In this document: piece after piece, positions 20,938-31,077 of the stretch
Numbering within the stretch: position 1 is the first letter of the stretch
Layout: every line of letters begins with the position of its first letter
Source: Nitrospirota bacterium
GTDB taxonomy: Bacteria > Nitrospirota > Nitrospiria > Nitrospirales > Nitrospiraceae
Length of the DNA: 64,000 bases
Assembly (NCBI GenBank): GCA_963703955.1
Contig: CAVPGK010000018.1
Location: forward strand, 40,017-104,016
Reading direction: 5' to 3'
Program-made: the position numbers and the translations under genes
Notes under the pieces: model-generated
What the model was told of the DNA's origin: nothing
Databases searched by the model: none
Seen by the model: the letters and a program-made list of their open reading frames with translations, nothing else

Positions 20938-23817
20938 ATGAGCACAGACTTTGATCGACAGGCACTCGTCAACATCTTTGTCAATGAGGCATCTGATGGA
21001 CTGGCGAAGCTTTGGGCCGCTCTCAACCCGGAGGGCGGTCATGACGTGACCAGAGCCGCCGTTCACGACCAATTCATTGTGGCCCATACTTTGAAAGGGG
21101 CCTCCTCGCTCTACGGCTTTACGGGAGTCAGCGCCCTTGCGGAACTCCTTGAGACGGCGCTTGAAGGCACAGACGAGGAGATGCCTGAGCAGTGGCATTT
21201 AAGGGTTGGGATGCTGCGGAGTCTCACGGATGCTCTCCGGACTCAGGTTGAAAAGATTCGACGGGACGGCGTTGAAGATCCCGAGTGTTGCGAGAAGTGG
21301 CAAGGCGACCTCGCGCCGCAAGTGGATCGCGGAGCGGCCTCCAGCGTACCATCGCAGGAGGGCGTGACGCCTTCCTGCGAGTCGTATCCGGACCACTATC
21401 TCAATCCTGAGTTGGATGCGGAGGTGCTCTCGTATTTCGCTCCCGAGGCTCACGAATATCTGGAAGCGATGGAGGCCTCTGTTCTTCGCCTCGAAAAAGA
21501 GCCCGACAACGCCGATATCATTCAGCAACTCTTTCGGAGCGCTCACACGCTGAAAGGATCCGCGCACACGGTGGGATTTAAATCCATCGGTGACCTGGTC
21601 CATCACGTGGAGGACTTCATGGGCGAGATCCGTGAAGGTCGGATGAGCATCACTCCGGAGTTGACGGATCTCATCTTTCGGGCCGTCGATGTCGTCAAGA
21701 TCCTGATGAGGCGTGACCCGGGTCTTCTCGAAAAGGCCAGGGCCGAGTTTGGGAGCGTGGTGCAGCGGTTGATTCAGCTCAAGCCAGCGGACCCCGGCGC
21801 GGCTCCGGTGAAGGCGTGGGCTGGAGAGACTCAGAGTGTTCCACAGCCACAACGACTCGAGGCATCCGACGCGGACCGTCGCTCAGAAAGCGAGCGGCGC
21901 AAAAACACCGAGGCCAAGATCGGGGAAGAAAGCGCCGTCATTCGGGTCAGCCGAGACCGCCTGGAGCGCCTGCTGAATCTCGTGGGCGAGCTCGTGATCA
22001 GTCGAGGTCGATTGGAGCAGCGTCTTCTGGCTCTCGAGCAACTATCGGATCAGCTGCTCATGTTCAAGGGACGCATGCTGGACGCCGTCCGTATGTTTGA
22101 AGAGAAGCACGCATTCACCTTGCCGGCGGCATCGCCGGCGCAGGCCTCACCGAACATGACCGAGTTTCAAGGACTGACGGATTTTGGCGGCCTCGAGTTC
22201 GATCGGTACGATGATTTCAATATTCTCGCACGGCGGATGGGTGAAGTCTCGGCCGACGTCGGTGAGTCCATGTCACAGCTCAGCGGCTCGATCCGCAAAG
22301 CTCGTGAAGACATGAGTCAGCTGCAACGACTGACCCTCGGCATGCGGGATGAAATCGCCCGCGCCCGCATGGTCCCCATCGGGACTCCCTTCACGAGGTT
22401 CCGTCGTGCGGTCCGTGAGATGGCCAGGGCAACAGGGAAGAATGTGACGCTCATGATCTCCGGTGAGCACACAGAAGTGGATACCGGAGTCGTCGAGCGT
22501 CTCGTCGATCCGCTCATTCATTTGGTGCGCAATGCGGTATACCACGGCATCGAACCGATGGCTATTCGGGTTGCCCATGGAAAGCCGGAAGCCGGCACCG
22601 TGTATTTGCACGCCGCCCACCGCGGAAGTTCCGTCGTGATCGAAGTCGAAGACGACGGTGGAGGAATCGATATCGGGAAAATCAAGACCAAAGCGGTGTC
22701 GCTCGGGTTTGTTCGTCCCGAACAGGCTTCGGCGATGTCCGATTCAGAAGCGATGAAGTTCATCTTTATGCCGGGTTTCTCGACAGCGGATGAGGTGGGG
22801 GATCAGGCCGGCCGCGGCGTGGGCATGGATGTCGTCAAGCGCGCGCTGGAAGGAATGAACGGGCAAATCGAGGTCGAAACGGAATTGGGAGCGGGCACGA
22901 AGTTTACCCTGCGCCTACCGCTGACGCTGCTGATCTCGATGGCGCTTCTGGTGAGAGTCGGAAGCGAACGCTATGCGTTGCCGCTCCAGAGCATCCGTGA
23001 GGTGGTTCTCCCGTCGGCAGGAGACATTCAAGATGTGGGGGGTCGAGCGGTTCTGCAAGTGGGCGACGAGGCGATCGAAGTCAAATCCCTCGGGCCGTTG
23101 CTCGGACTGGAGTCAGCCGCCACGAATGGCCCGACGCCGGTCGTGATCGTTCGGACGGCGACGGGGGTGCAGGGCTTAGGCGTGGATGAGCTATTGGGCC
23201 GCCAGGAAATCGTCATCAAGACCCTCAGCAACTTGCGGCCGTTCCTCGAATCGTGTTTTGTGGGGGCAACGATCGATCCTGAGGGCCACGTCATTCTGGT
23301 TTTGGATGTCGGTCGTCTGCTCAGCGGCAATCAACTCGGGGATTCGTTAACGCTTCCTGGACGGATGCCATTAGAAGCTGAGGAGCCTGAGCCGGAGTTG
23401 ATTGGGACCGGGCCGCGGGACTTCCGAGAAATCGGCTCGCGCTTGCTCCTCATCGACGATTCATTGAGTATCAGAAAGTTCGTGGGAAAGATGTTGGAGG
23501 GAGCGGGCTACGAAGTCGATACGGCGGTAGACGGGGAGGAAGGGTTACGTAGAGCGTTGGACGGGTCCTACAGCTTGATCATCACCGATCTGGAGATGCC
23601 GAAATTGAACGGCTATGAGGTCATTCAGGCGCTTCGTGATCGACCGCAAACCAAATCCACGCCGATTCTCGTAATGACCACCCGAGCGGGTGAAAAACAT
23701 CGGCAGATGGCGCTCAGCATCGGAGCCACCGGCTATATTGCCAAACCCGTTGAAGAACGAGCCTTAATCCTCGAGGTGGCTCAATGGACCGGGCCTGTGA
23801 GCCGGGCCAAACGCTGA
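20938..23817 (+). CDS. cheA: hybrid CheA/ChpA histidine kinase-receiver
   Basis: Two Hpt domains (AHTLKG twice), HLVRNAVYHGIE, GRGVGMDVV, CheW domain, C-terminal REC (TDLEMP). Confidence 0.95.
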   Translation: MSTDFDRQALVNIFVNEASDGLAKLWAALNPEGGHDVTRAAVHDQFIVAHTLKGASSLYGFTGVSALAELLETALEGTDEEMPEQWHLRVGMLRSLTDALRTQVEKIRRDGVEDPECCEKWQGDLAPQVDRGAASSVPSQEGVTPSCESYPDHYLNPELDAEVLSYFAPEAHEYLEAMEASVLRLEKEPDNADIIQQLFRSAHTLKGSAHTVGFKSIGDLVHHVEDFMGEIREGRMSITPELTDLIFRAVDVVKILMRRDPGLLEKARAEFGSVVQRLIQLKPADPGAAPVKAWAGETQSVPQPQRLEASDADRRSESERRKNTEAKIGEESAVIRVSRDRLERLLNLVGELVISRGRLEQRLLALEQLSDQLLMFKGRMLDAVRMFEEKHAFTLPAASPAQASPNMTEFQGLTDFGGLEFDRYDDFNILARRMGEVSADVGESMSQLSGSIRKAREDMSQLQRLTLGMRDEIARARMVPIGTPFTRFRRAVREMARATGKNVTLMISGEHTEVDTGVVERLVDPLIHLVRNAVYHGIEPMAIRVAHGKPEAGTVYLHAAHRGSSVVIEVEDDGGGIDIGKIKTKAVSLGFVRPEQASAMSDSEAMKFIFMPGFSTADEVGDQAGRGVGMDVVKRALEGMNGQIEVETELGAGTKFTLRLPLTLLISMALLVRVGSERYALPLQSIREVVLPSAGDIQDVGGRAVLQVGDEAIEVKSLGPLLGLESAATNGPTPVVIVRTATGVQGLGVDELLGRQEIVIKTLSNLRPFLESCFVGATIDPEGHVILVLDVGRLLSGNQLGDSLTLPGRMPLEAEEPEPELIGTGPRDFREIGSRLLLIDDSLSIRKFVGKMLEGAGYEVDTAVDGEEGLRRALDGSYSLIITDLEMPKLNGYEVIQALRDRPQTKSTPILVMTTRAGEKHRQMALSIGATGYIAKPVEERALILEVAQWTGPVSRAKR

Positions 23818-23903
23818 GTCTTCGAGGTGGCGGGGCGATACACCTTGCGGAAGCGAATCCCGTATCGGAAGCAGCGTGATGATTGGGAGGATGACGCGGC
23901 ACC

Positions 23904-24524
23904 ATGACCCTCCGTACCCGAACAGAAAAGGCTCAGCCGGCGAGCGGTGTGGATGTTGCATCGTTTTTGCTTGTAACCTGTACCCATACCCATTTGGCCA
24001 TTCCTGCCGACATTATCCGAGGCATCGTGAAGCCAGATGACGGTGGAAAAGATGATGCTCTCGCAGTGTTGGGTGCGCATGCCGACGTGACCGACCTCGC
24101 TGACCGATTTGGTGTGTCGTGCTCATCCTTCTCCTCGGAGGCGAGGATCCTAGTCTGTGGGACGCACGACGCGCGGCGCGCGTTCCGAGTACACACCATC
24201 GTCGGCCTTGAAGACGTCGAATCGACGAGGATCAAACCGCTGTTGCCGCACTTCGGCGGGCCGGAGCGGGAGTGGTTTTCCGGGATGTTCCTGTTCCGCG
24301 AGACCATTGCGCTGGTCGTCCGGCCGAGTTGGTTACTCAGTGATGACCGGCAGCGTGGTGAGCTATTGGGCAGGCAGTTGACCGTAAAGCCCGAGCAAGC
24401 GCCCCCCGCCCCTGTTCTATCGCGGATAACCGGAGGCCATGTGGCGGGCAGTCTAGGTCAGTTTGATGCTATTGAATTGGAGGAAGCGACCGATGCGGAT
24501 GATCTCCCATGGGCGCAGCTCTAG
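23904..24524 (+). CDS. divergent CheW-like protein
   Basis: HLAIPADIIRGIV, AFRVHTIVGL, beta-rich; operon context. Confidence 0.6.
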   Translation: MTLRTRTEKAQPASGVDVASFLLVTCTHTHLAIPADIIRGIVKPDDGGKDDALAVLGAHADVTDLADRFGVSCSSFSSEARILVCGTHDARRAFRVHTIVGLEDVESTRIKPLLPHFGGPEREWFSGMFLFRETIALVVRPSWLLSDDRQRGELLGRQLTVKPEQAPPAPVLSRITGGHVAGSLGQFDAIELEEATDADDLPWAQL

Positions 24525-24939
24525 GGCCCCGAAAACCATCCCAGTAGTCGTCTTTTCGGTGGGAAGGCGACGGTTGGCCGCCAGAGCCGAGGAAGTGGGA
24601 GGGATCTGGCCGTGGTCTCCTACGATGCCCGTTCCCAGCGGCACCCCCTTTGTCAATGCCCTCATGCGTCGTGGCGATGAGGTCCTGCCGGTCTTTGATC
24701 TGGCTGACAGGTTACGGCTCAAAGTAGAAGAATTTGACCGCCTATGCCTGATTGCCAAGCGGCGAGACGGTCCGATGGCGGTCTGTATTGATGGAAACAT
24801 TCCTACGTTGCACGTTCTTGACCCAGATGGCATTCGGTCGGCGGGCAGTGCGGATGCCGATGTCGTCGGAACTTGTCGGATTGGAGACCATGAGGTGCCG
24901 ATTTTTTCATTGGCACAGCTAGGACTTTCTCCACAGTAG
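24493..24939 (+). CDS. CheW-like protein
   Basis: VVVFSVG, PVPSGTPFVNALMRRGDEVLPVFDL. Confidence 0.75.
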   Translation: MRMISHGRSSRAPKTIPVVVFSVGRRRLAARAEEVGGIWPWSPTMPVPSGTPFVNALMRRGDEVLPVFDLADRLRLKVEEFDRLCLIAKRRDGPMAVCIDGNIPTLHVLDPDGIRSAGSADADVVGTCRIGDHEVPIFSLAQLGLSPQ

Positions 24940-24991
24940 GCTACACTTAGAGGGAGAGCATACACCGAGTTTCCAATGTCCAGGAGGGCAT

Positions 24992-26242
24992 ATGCCGAAG
25001 ATTCTGGTTGCTGACGATAGTATCACTGTTCGAAAGGTCGCCGAGAGGTTGCTGACGGATGCGGGCTTGGAGGTGGCCTTAGCGGCCAGCGGAGAGGAAG
25101 CCTTGGCGTGGCTCGCAAATGAAAGGCCGGACTTCATCGTCACGGATGTCATCATGCCGGACAAGAGCGGCTACGATGTGTGTAAATATGTGAAGGCGCA
25201 TGCGGATCTATCGGATACACCGGTCCTGCTGATTTCCGGCATCGTCAATGAAGACGTGACCCGCAAGGCGGAGTCTTGCCGGGCTGACGGGGTCCTGAAG
25301 AAGCCGTTCCAGGGGGCTTCTCTCCAGGATCGTGTCTTGGAACTTCTTGCGAAGCGAAGTGAGAAAGCATCAATTCCGGATATCCATGAGGAAGCCGCCC
25401 CAGAGTCTAGTCCGGCATCGTCGACGTCTTTTGATCCGGTCCCGCCAGCGCAGGCAGTCGGGGAGGAGACGACGCAGGAGCAAGTTGCAGCGCCGGCAGT
25501 TCCGCCCGCTCCGGGTAGTTCCGCGAGTCCAAAGGTCTTCCGGATCACAGAGGAACAGCTGCAATCCTTCCGCCAATCCGCCAGTCGGATCAAGGAATTA
25601 GAAGCGCAAGTGGAGAGCGAAAAAGCCCGTGCAGAGCGGTTGAGTGAGCAGATGGAAGGAGCCAAACAAAGCGAGTCCCGTGTACGTGAACTAGAAACCG
25701 CTCTTGCGGAACATCAGCAACGAGCGACGGAGGGACAGCAGCGGGCCGAGGGGAACGATGAGCTCGAGACCCGGAACAAGGAATTGGCGTCCTCCTTGGC
25801 AGAACAGCAACGACGCCTTGCAGACTTAACCGAACAACTGCATCAGTTTGGCGAATTGGAGAAACGGAACAAAGACCTGGAAGCCGCGTTGGAGAGTCTG
25901 CAGTCACGAGTGTCTCAAGCGGAGCAAGAGGCGTCGGCTTCGAAGGGACCTGAAGATCGCGTCCCGCAGCTCCAGTCGATGATCACGGACCAGCAACAAC
26001 GGCTGTCGGATCTCGCCAACCAGGTCATCAGGTTTAGTGAATCGGAAACGAAGGTCAAAGCCTTGGAAACCTCGTTAGCTAATGAACAAAGTCGGGCGAA
26101 TGAAATGGAGCAGCGATGTGCGGATATGGAACGTGCCGCTGCGCGCGCCACCATGAGGTTGGAAGATATAACCAGGCTCTTGGCGCAGATTGCCCGCCTC
26201 GCCTCCAAGCCGGAAGAGACCCAGGACAGCGCATCGTCCTGA
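24992..26242 (+). CDS. response regulator with Pro/Ala linker and long coiled coil
   Basis: REC (VADDS, TDVIMP, KKPF), then low-complexity linker and ~220 aa heptad-rich tail. Confidence 0.88.
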   Translation: MPKILVADDSITVRKVAERLLTDAGLEVALAASGEEALAWLANERPDFIVTDVIMPDKSGYDVCKYVKAHADLSDTPVLLISGIVNEDVTRKAESCRADGVLKKPFQGASLQDRVLELLAKRSEKASIPDIHEEAAPESSPASSTSFDPVPPAQAVGEETTQEQVAAPAVPPAPGSSASPKVFRITEEQLQSFRQSASRIKELEAQVESEKARAERLSEQMEGAKQSESRVRELETALAEHQQRATEGQQRAEGNDELETRNKELASSLAEQQRRLADLTEQLHQFGELEKRNKDLEAALESLQSRVSQAEQEASASKGPEDRVPQLQSMITDQQQRLSDLANQVIRFSESETKVKALETSLANEQSRANEMEQRCADMERAAARATMRLEDITRLLAQIARLASKPEETQDSASS

Positions 26243-26285
26243 GTCGTGCCTCGAAGCACGCAGTGAAGTACTGGGGCCTATCCGG

Positions 26286-27326
26286 ATGTCCAATCATCCC
26301 CATGAAGACCAGTTTCTAGAGGAAGTCTTCGGACTCTTTGCCCTTGAGGCTCAAGAGTGGATCGCGCAGTGCAAGACTGCGCTTCTCGAACTCGAACGCC
26401 GACCTTCCGAAGATCGGCAAGAGAAACTATACGAAACAATCATCTGCGGGGTCACGAACTTGGGAGGGTCAGCCGCTACGGTTGAGCTCCCGGCCCTGGA
26501 GAAGCTAGCCTTCGCTTTGCTGCCTCTACTGCAAGTCATGGGAGAGCGGGGCAGCCGTTCTCCTGTCGAGCAACTAGCGGCGCTCCGGGAAGGTTTGGAT
26601 GAAATGACCCTCGCGGTCGAACAGCTCGAAGAAACCAAGAACGGGACTGTGCGCGGGCTTGACTCGGTTCTCCAAAGGCTTGCCAACTCCATCAACTTGC
26701 CGTGCGTGCCCGATCCGTCCGAGCAGCCGCCTCTTTCGTCCTCTTCGTCACAGCCGGTGGCGGACATGCCGGTCACGTCCCCGTCGCAGTCTTCTCTTCT
26801 GGGAGCCCTTCATGACCTGGAGCGAAGTCGGTCCGAATCAATGGATCAAACCAGACATGTCGTCGAAGCGGTGATTAGGAAAGCCAAGACCGAGCATGGT
26901 GAGGAACGTAATGGGTCTCACTTCGATGCCCCGACCATCTTACGTATCCTTGAGGAATTAGAGGCGCGAGATGAACAATTTCTTAAGGAACTTGGCCAGC
27001 GACTGCCGACGATCGAGGGTGCTCTGTCCGAACTGAAAGCCGGCATCTCAGAGGCGTGGGGTTCGAATCCTCGGACCGACACCGTGTTGCAGGAAATTCA
27101 TCTGCTCCACGAAGCCGCTCGAACCCTGGAAGCGAAGCCCATCATGCTGTTCTTTCACGGTCTCCAGATGTTTCTTGGTGTGATATCACGTCATGGAGTT
27201 TCAGTCCTGCCGCAGCGTATCGAAGCGGTCATCTCGCGCCTCAGATCCATTTTGCCGATGGCTCAACAATGGGTTGAGCTCGGACGAGACGAGCGAGCAA
27301 GCGTCCAAAAGATCGTCCATCCTTGA
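26286..27326 (+). CDS. tandem Hpt-like domain protein
   Basis: FALEAQEWI...NLGGSAATV resembles the CheA Hpt; second helical bundle FLKELGQRL...EIHLLHEAA. Confidence 0.65.
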   Translation: MSNHPHEDQFLEEVFGLFALEAQEWIAQCKTALLELERRPSEDRQEKLYETIICGVTNLGGSAATVELPALEKLAFALLPLLQVMGERGSRSPVEQLAALREGLDEMTLAVEQLEETKNGTVRGLDSVLQRLANSINLPCVPDPSEQPPLSSSSSQPVADMPVTSPSQSSLLGALHDLERSRSESMDQTRHVVEAVIRKAKTEHGEERNGSHFDAPTILRILEELEARDEQFLKELGQRLPTIEGALSELKAGISEAWGSNPRTDTVLQEIHLLHEAARTLEAKPIMLFFHGLQMFLGVISRHGVSVLPQRIEAVISRLRSILPMAQQWVELGRDERASVQKIVHP

Positions 27327-27519
27327 TCCACAAGTCATCCGGGTTTCTCGTCATCCCTTTCGCTGGGGTTTGATCAATCACCCCCCTCACCACTACCCTG
27401 TATCCTGTATATAGCGGGCGATCCCCTAACAGTCACAAGGCCATGCAAGCTTATGAAATCGCACTCATTCTTGAGCCCAAAAATTAAGCAGTCTGCTATT
27501 AGCGGCTCATAGCGTACTA

Positions 27520-27582
27520 AGGTCTGCTTGATGCACAAGGTTATCCCCAGGGCATCCACAATTTTTGTGGACAGTCCATAAG
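27520..27582. promoter_or_regulatory. cluster of DnaA-box-like 9-mers
   Basis: TGATGCACA 27529, TTATCCCCA 27541, GCATCCACA 27552, reverse CTGTCCACA 27566-27574; also TGATCCACA at 27324. Confidence 0.5.
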
Positions 27583-27751
27583 GGTTGGTCGCCGTTTGCT
27601 TTTCTCCAGCCGGAATACAGGCTGGCATGATCGAGGGAAGGTTGAGGTGCAAATTTCAACCGACTGTTGTTATAATCCGCTCCTGGTTTTCTCACCCAAG
27701 CCCCTCTCCTTCTACATGCCCAAAATCATTACCTCCAGGCGACGCGAAGGC

Positions 27752-28252
27752 ATGCACGACAAGGCGCTCGAATATGTGAAGAGTCACATACTGTTCCCCT
27801 CCGGCTTGCTTGGTCTTATTTTCATGGTGTCGGGAATGTCTGCCTTGGCCTACCAATTCATGGCGTTGACCTATGACGGCAAAACATTTCTTGAGAGTGT
27901 TGGGTTACTGGCGATGGGGGCTGTCCTCGGGTGGGTGCAAACACGGTATCACCAATATGTTCTGCGGGATGACCCCGGTTACTTTGCCGAAAGAATGCGC
28001 GTCTACTCGAGGACCGGGCCAAAGCGTCACCGAAGAGAGCTTAGCGCTCCGGCAGTCGAACATCGGGGAAAACAATTCGTACCACTCTATTACCTGCTGG
28101 GGGTGGGGCTCTTGGTGGGAGCCTCGGCTTGGACCGCAGTCGTCGGGAACACATATTATGTAGCGGCGTTCCTCATGCCCTGGGCAGGCTTCTTTTGGGC
28201 CAAGACGTTCTTTTGGCGAGGGGTCTTGAGAGAAGTGAAAGGTAAGAAGTAA
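27752..28252 (+). CDS. hypothetical membrane protein (about 4 TM; start 27716 or 27752)
   Basis: Four hydrophobic segments, Lys-rich end. Confidence 0.7.
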   Translation: MHDKALEYVKSHILFPSGLLGLIFMVSGMSALAYQFMALTYDGKTFLESVGLLAMGAVLGWVQTRYHQYVLRDDPGYFAERMRVYSRTGPKRHRRELSAPAVEHRGKQFVPLYYLLGVGLLVGASAWTAVVGNTYYVAAFLMPWAGFFWAKTFFWRGVLREVKGKK

Positions 28253-28265
28253 AAAGCGGAGGGCG

Positions 28266-29351
28266 TTACTTCTTGCTTTTGCCTTTTACCTTTTTATTTT
28301 GGGATCGATCGCGCGCTTCGAGCGATCGAACTCGGCTTTCGAGGTCACGAACCTGTTGTCTAAGTTCGGGGAGTCGCGGAATGACGGCTTGGGCCTTGAT
28401 GGCGATCTCGTGAGGCATGACCGGAGCGCCGGACACGATTTGATCGGGAGCCAAGCTTCGATTGACCCCTGAGCGCGCCGCAATCATCACCCGGTCCCCG
28501 ACCTCGAGGTGATCCGCCAGTCCCGCCTGCCCCCCTACCATCACATGATGGCCGAGCGTCGTACTTCCGGCGATGCCGACCTGCGCGACCAGAATGGTGT
28601 CCTCGCCGACGGAGACATTGTGCGCGACCTGGACCAGGTTATCGACCTTCGACCCTCGTTTGATCACGGTCCGGCCGAACGTGGCTCGGTCTACCGTCAC
28701 ATTGGCTCCCAGCTCCACATCGTCTTCGATCACCACGATCCCCAGCTGTGGAATCTTATGATGGCGCCCTTCGTGCTGGACATAGCCGAAACCGTCGCTG
28801 CCGATGACGGTTCCGCTGTGGATGATTACCCGGTTTCCAATGAGGCACCCCTCGCGCACCGTCACGTTGGAATAGAGAATGGTGTCATCACCCACCACGG
28901 TATTCTCTCCGAGAAAAACGCTTGGGTAGAGGGTTACTCGCGCACCGACCTTGGCTCCGTTCCCTAAGGTAACAAATGGCCAGATCGAGACATCCGGTCC
29001 GATCTCAACGCCCTGTCCTCGTGACACCGGTTCGGTGATGCCTCGAGCCGTGTAAGGGGGAGTAAAGAATTGTTTCGCGATGCAGGCGAACGCATACGCG
29101 GGATGTGGGACGACAATCTGCGGACGTTTCAGGTCCGGGTTGAAGTGGGTCACGACAAACGCAGCGGCTTGGGATGCCAGCGCATCCTTCATTAAGCGAT
29201 CGTTGGCTATGTAGGCGAGATCGCCGCGTTCCGCCTCGTGAAGGCTCGAAAGACCGGACACGATTGTCTCGGCGGATCCAAAGACCTTGCCAGAAACCAT
29301 GCGCGCGATCTCATGGAGTCGTATCGATTGCGATGAAGGGTGTGGGGACAT
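28266..29351 (-). CDS. lpxD: UDP-3-O-acylglucosamine N-acyltransferase
   Basis: Hexapeptide repeats, [26 protein letters not shown]. Confidence 0.95.
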   Translation of the reverse strand: MSPHPSSQSIRLHEIARMVSGKVFGSAETIVSGLSSLHEAERGDLAYIANDRLMKDALASQAAAFVVTHFNPDLKRPQIVVPHPAYAFACIAKQFFTPPYTARGITEPVSRGQGVEIGPDVSIWPFVTLGNGAKVGARVTLYPSVFLGENTVVGDDTILYSNVTVREGCLIGNRVIIHSGTVIGSDGFGYVQHEGRHHKIPQLGIVVIEDDVELGANVTVDRATFGRTVIKRGSKVDNLVQVAHNVSVGEDTILVAQVGIAGSTTLGHHVMVGGQAGLADHLEVGDRVMIAARSGVNRSLAPDQIVSGAPVMPHEIAIKAQAVIPRLPELRQQVRDLESRVRSLEARDRSQNKKVKGKSKK

Positions 29352-29358
29352 GCGCAGG

Positions 29359-29682
29359 CTATCTTTTTTTCTTGGCCGTCGGTTTTTTTCGAGGCATTGG
29401 TTGAGCGGATGGTTTGCGAGTTCGTGCGGGCACCGGGGGAGGGACCCTTTCTTCGACATAGGCGATGACATCGGAGACGGTCACCAGTTTGTGCAAGTCC
29501 TGATCCGGAATTTGAAGGTCGAACGCTTCCTCAATTCGAAACAATAACTCAATGGTCGCCATTGAATCCAAGCCGAGATCATCGCGTAACGACTGGCGCG
29601 GATGGATCGCGCTAGGCGATCGCTTCAGATAGTCGGCCAGTGCCGTACGGATTCGTCCGTCGATGATGGATGGGATTGCCAT
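29359..29682 (-). CDS. acpP: acyl carrier protein with basic Pro/Lys tail
   Basis: [26 protein letters not shown] phosphopantetheine site. Confidence 0.88.
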   Translation of the reverse strand: MAIPSIIDGRIRTALADYLKRSPSAIHPRQSLRDDLGLDSMATIELLFRIEEAFDLQIPDQDLHKLVTVSDVIAYVEERVPPPVPARTRKPSAQPMPRKKPTAKKKR

Positions 29683-29705
29683 AGTCGATAACAGCCTCTG
29701 ATGAA

Positions 29706-30959
29706 TTATCGATATTTCTTGAAGACCACCGTCGCATTGTTGCTCCCGAACCCGAAGGCGTTCAGGAGCGCGACTTGGAGAGGGCGCTGCTGCACGCGGG
29801 ACGAAATTCCCGGCAGCGCGCAGGCCGGATCGGGATCGTCATAATTGACGGTCGGGTGGACCTGTCCTGTTTCCAGTGCCAAGGCGCAGGCGATCGAGCC
29901 TATTGCGCCAGCGGCTCCCAGGGTGTGGCCGATCATGGATTTCGTTGCGTTGATGAGGATTCGCTCGGATCGATGTTTGAAGACGTGGCGAATCGCCTTG
30001 ACCTCGACGGTATCTCCGATCGGGGTGGAGGTCGCATGAGCATTGATGTAGTCGACCTGTGACACGGGAACGCCTGCATCGCAGAGGGCGAGGTTGATGG
30101 TACGCGCCACCTCCAGCCCGTCTTCACGCGGAATCACCATGTGGTGCGCCTCACTGGTGGCGGCATAGCCGGCCACTTCGGCGTATATGCGGGCTCTCCG
30201 CTTCTTAGCATGGGACAGAGACTCTAGAATTAGCGCTCCAGCCCCTTCGCCCATCACAAACCCGTCTCGCCCGCGATCGAATGGCCGCGAGGCGCGCTCA
30301 GGAGCATCGTTGAATCCGGTGGAGAGGGCGCGCAGCGAGCAGAACCCGGCAAAGACCAATGGCGTAATGCTGGCATCGGCCCCTGCGGCTATGACGACAT
30401 CCGCTTGGCCGTAACGAATACAATTCAATGCCTGGCCCACGGCGTGGGCGCTGGATGAGCAGGCGGTCGAAATGGTGAGATTCGGGCCTTTGGCTCCATG
30501 GACCATGGCGACAATGCCTGAGGCCGAATTCAGCGTAATCATGGGAATGAAGTTCGGGTGGACCCGATTGGGCCGTTGCCCGCGATATAGCTGGGTGATT
30601 TCACGTTCTCCCATCACCATCCCGCCCATACCCGCACCGATGATCACCCCGACGCGATGTGGGGCTTCCCGATCCATGCGCAGCTCTGAATCAGCCAGCG
30701 CTTCTTTCGTGGCCACAAGCGCAAACTGGGCATAGCGGTCGACCCGGTCTGTCTGTGCTCCGTCGAGGTATTGGGCGGGATTGAAGTTGACGATCTGGCC
30801 GGCGACTCGAGATCGATACGTTTCCATGGGGAAGTCGCCGAAAGACGAAATGGCGCTGATTCCACTTCGTCCTTCGAGTGCCGCCTTCCAAAACTGGCCG
30901 ACCCCGATTCCTATCGGTGAGATGACGCCGAGGCCTGTAATCACAACGCGCTTCTTCAT
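29706..30959 (-). CDS. fabF: beta-ketoacyl-ACP synthase II
   Basis: TACSSS, INAHATST, KSMIGHTLGA, FGFGSNNA. Confidence 0.92.
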   Translation of the reverse strand: MKKRVVITGLGVISPIGIGVGQFWKAALEGRSGISAISSFGDFPMETYRSRVAGQIVNFNPAQYLDGAQTDRVDRYAQFALVATKEALADSELRMDREAPHRVGVIIGAGMGGMVMGEREITQLYRGQRPNRVHPNFIPMITLNSASGIVAMVHGAKGPNLTISTACSSSAHAVGQALNCIRYGQADVVIAAGADASITPLVFAGFCSLRALSTGFNDAPERASRPFDRGRDGFVMGEGAGALILESLSHAKKRRARIYAEVAGYAATSEAHHMVIPREDGLEVARTINLALCDAGVPVSQVDYINAHATSTPIGDTVEVKAIRHVFKHRSERILINATKSMIGHTLGAAGAIGSIACALALETGQVHPTVNYDDPDPACALPGISSRVQQRPLQVALLNAFGFGSNNATVVFKKYR

Positions 30960-31077
30960 CTGTCGAGAAAGGGCTCCATCAGGGCATCGGACGTTCTTTT
31001 TACTCCAAGGTGGCTATCCAGTCAACTCGGCCCGGAGCGCAACAGCGGAAAGCAAATAGCAAATGGCTCGGAGTTCG

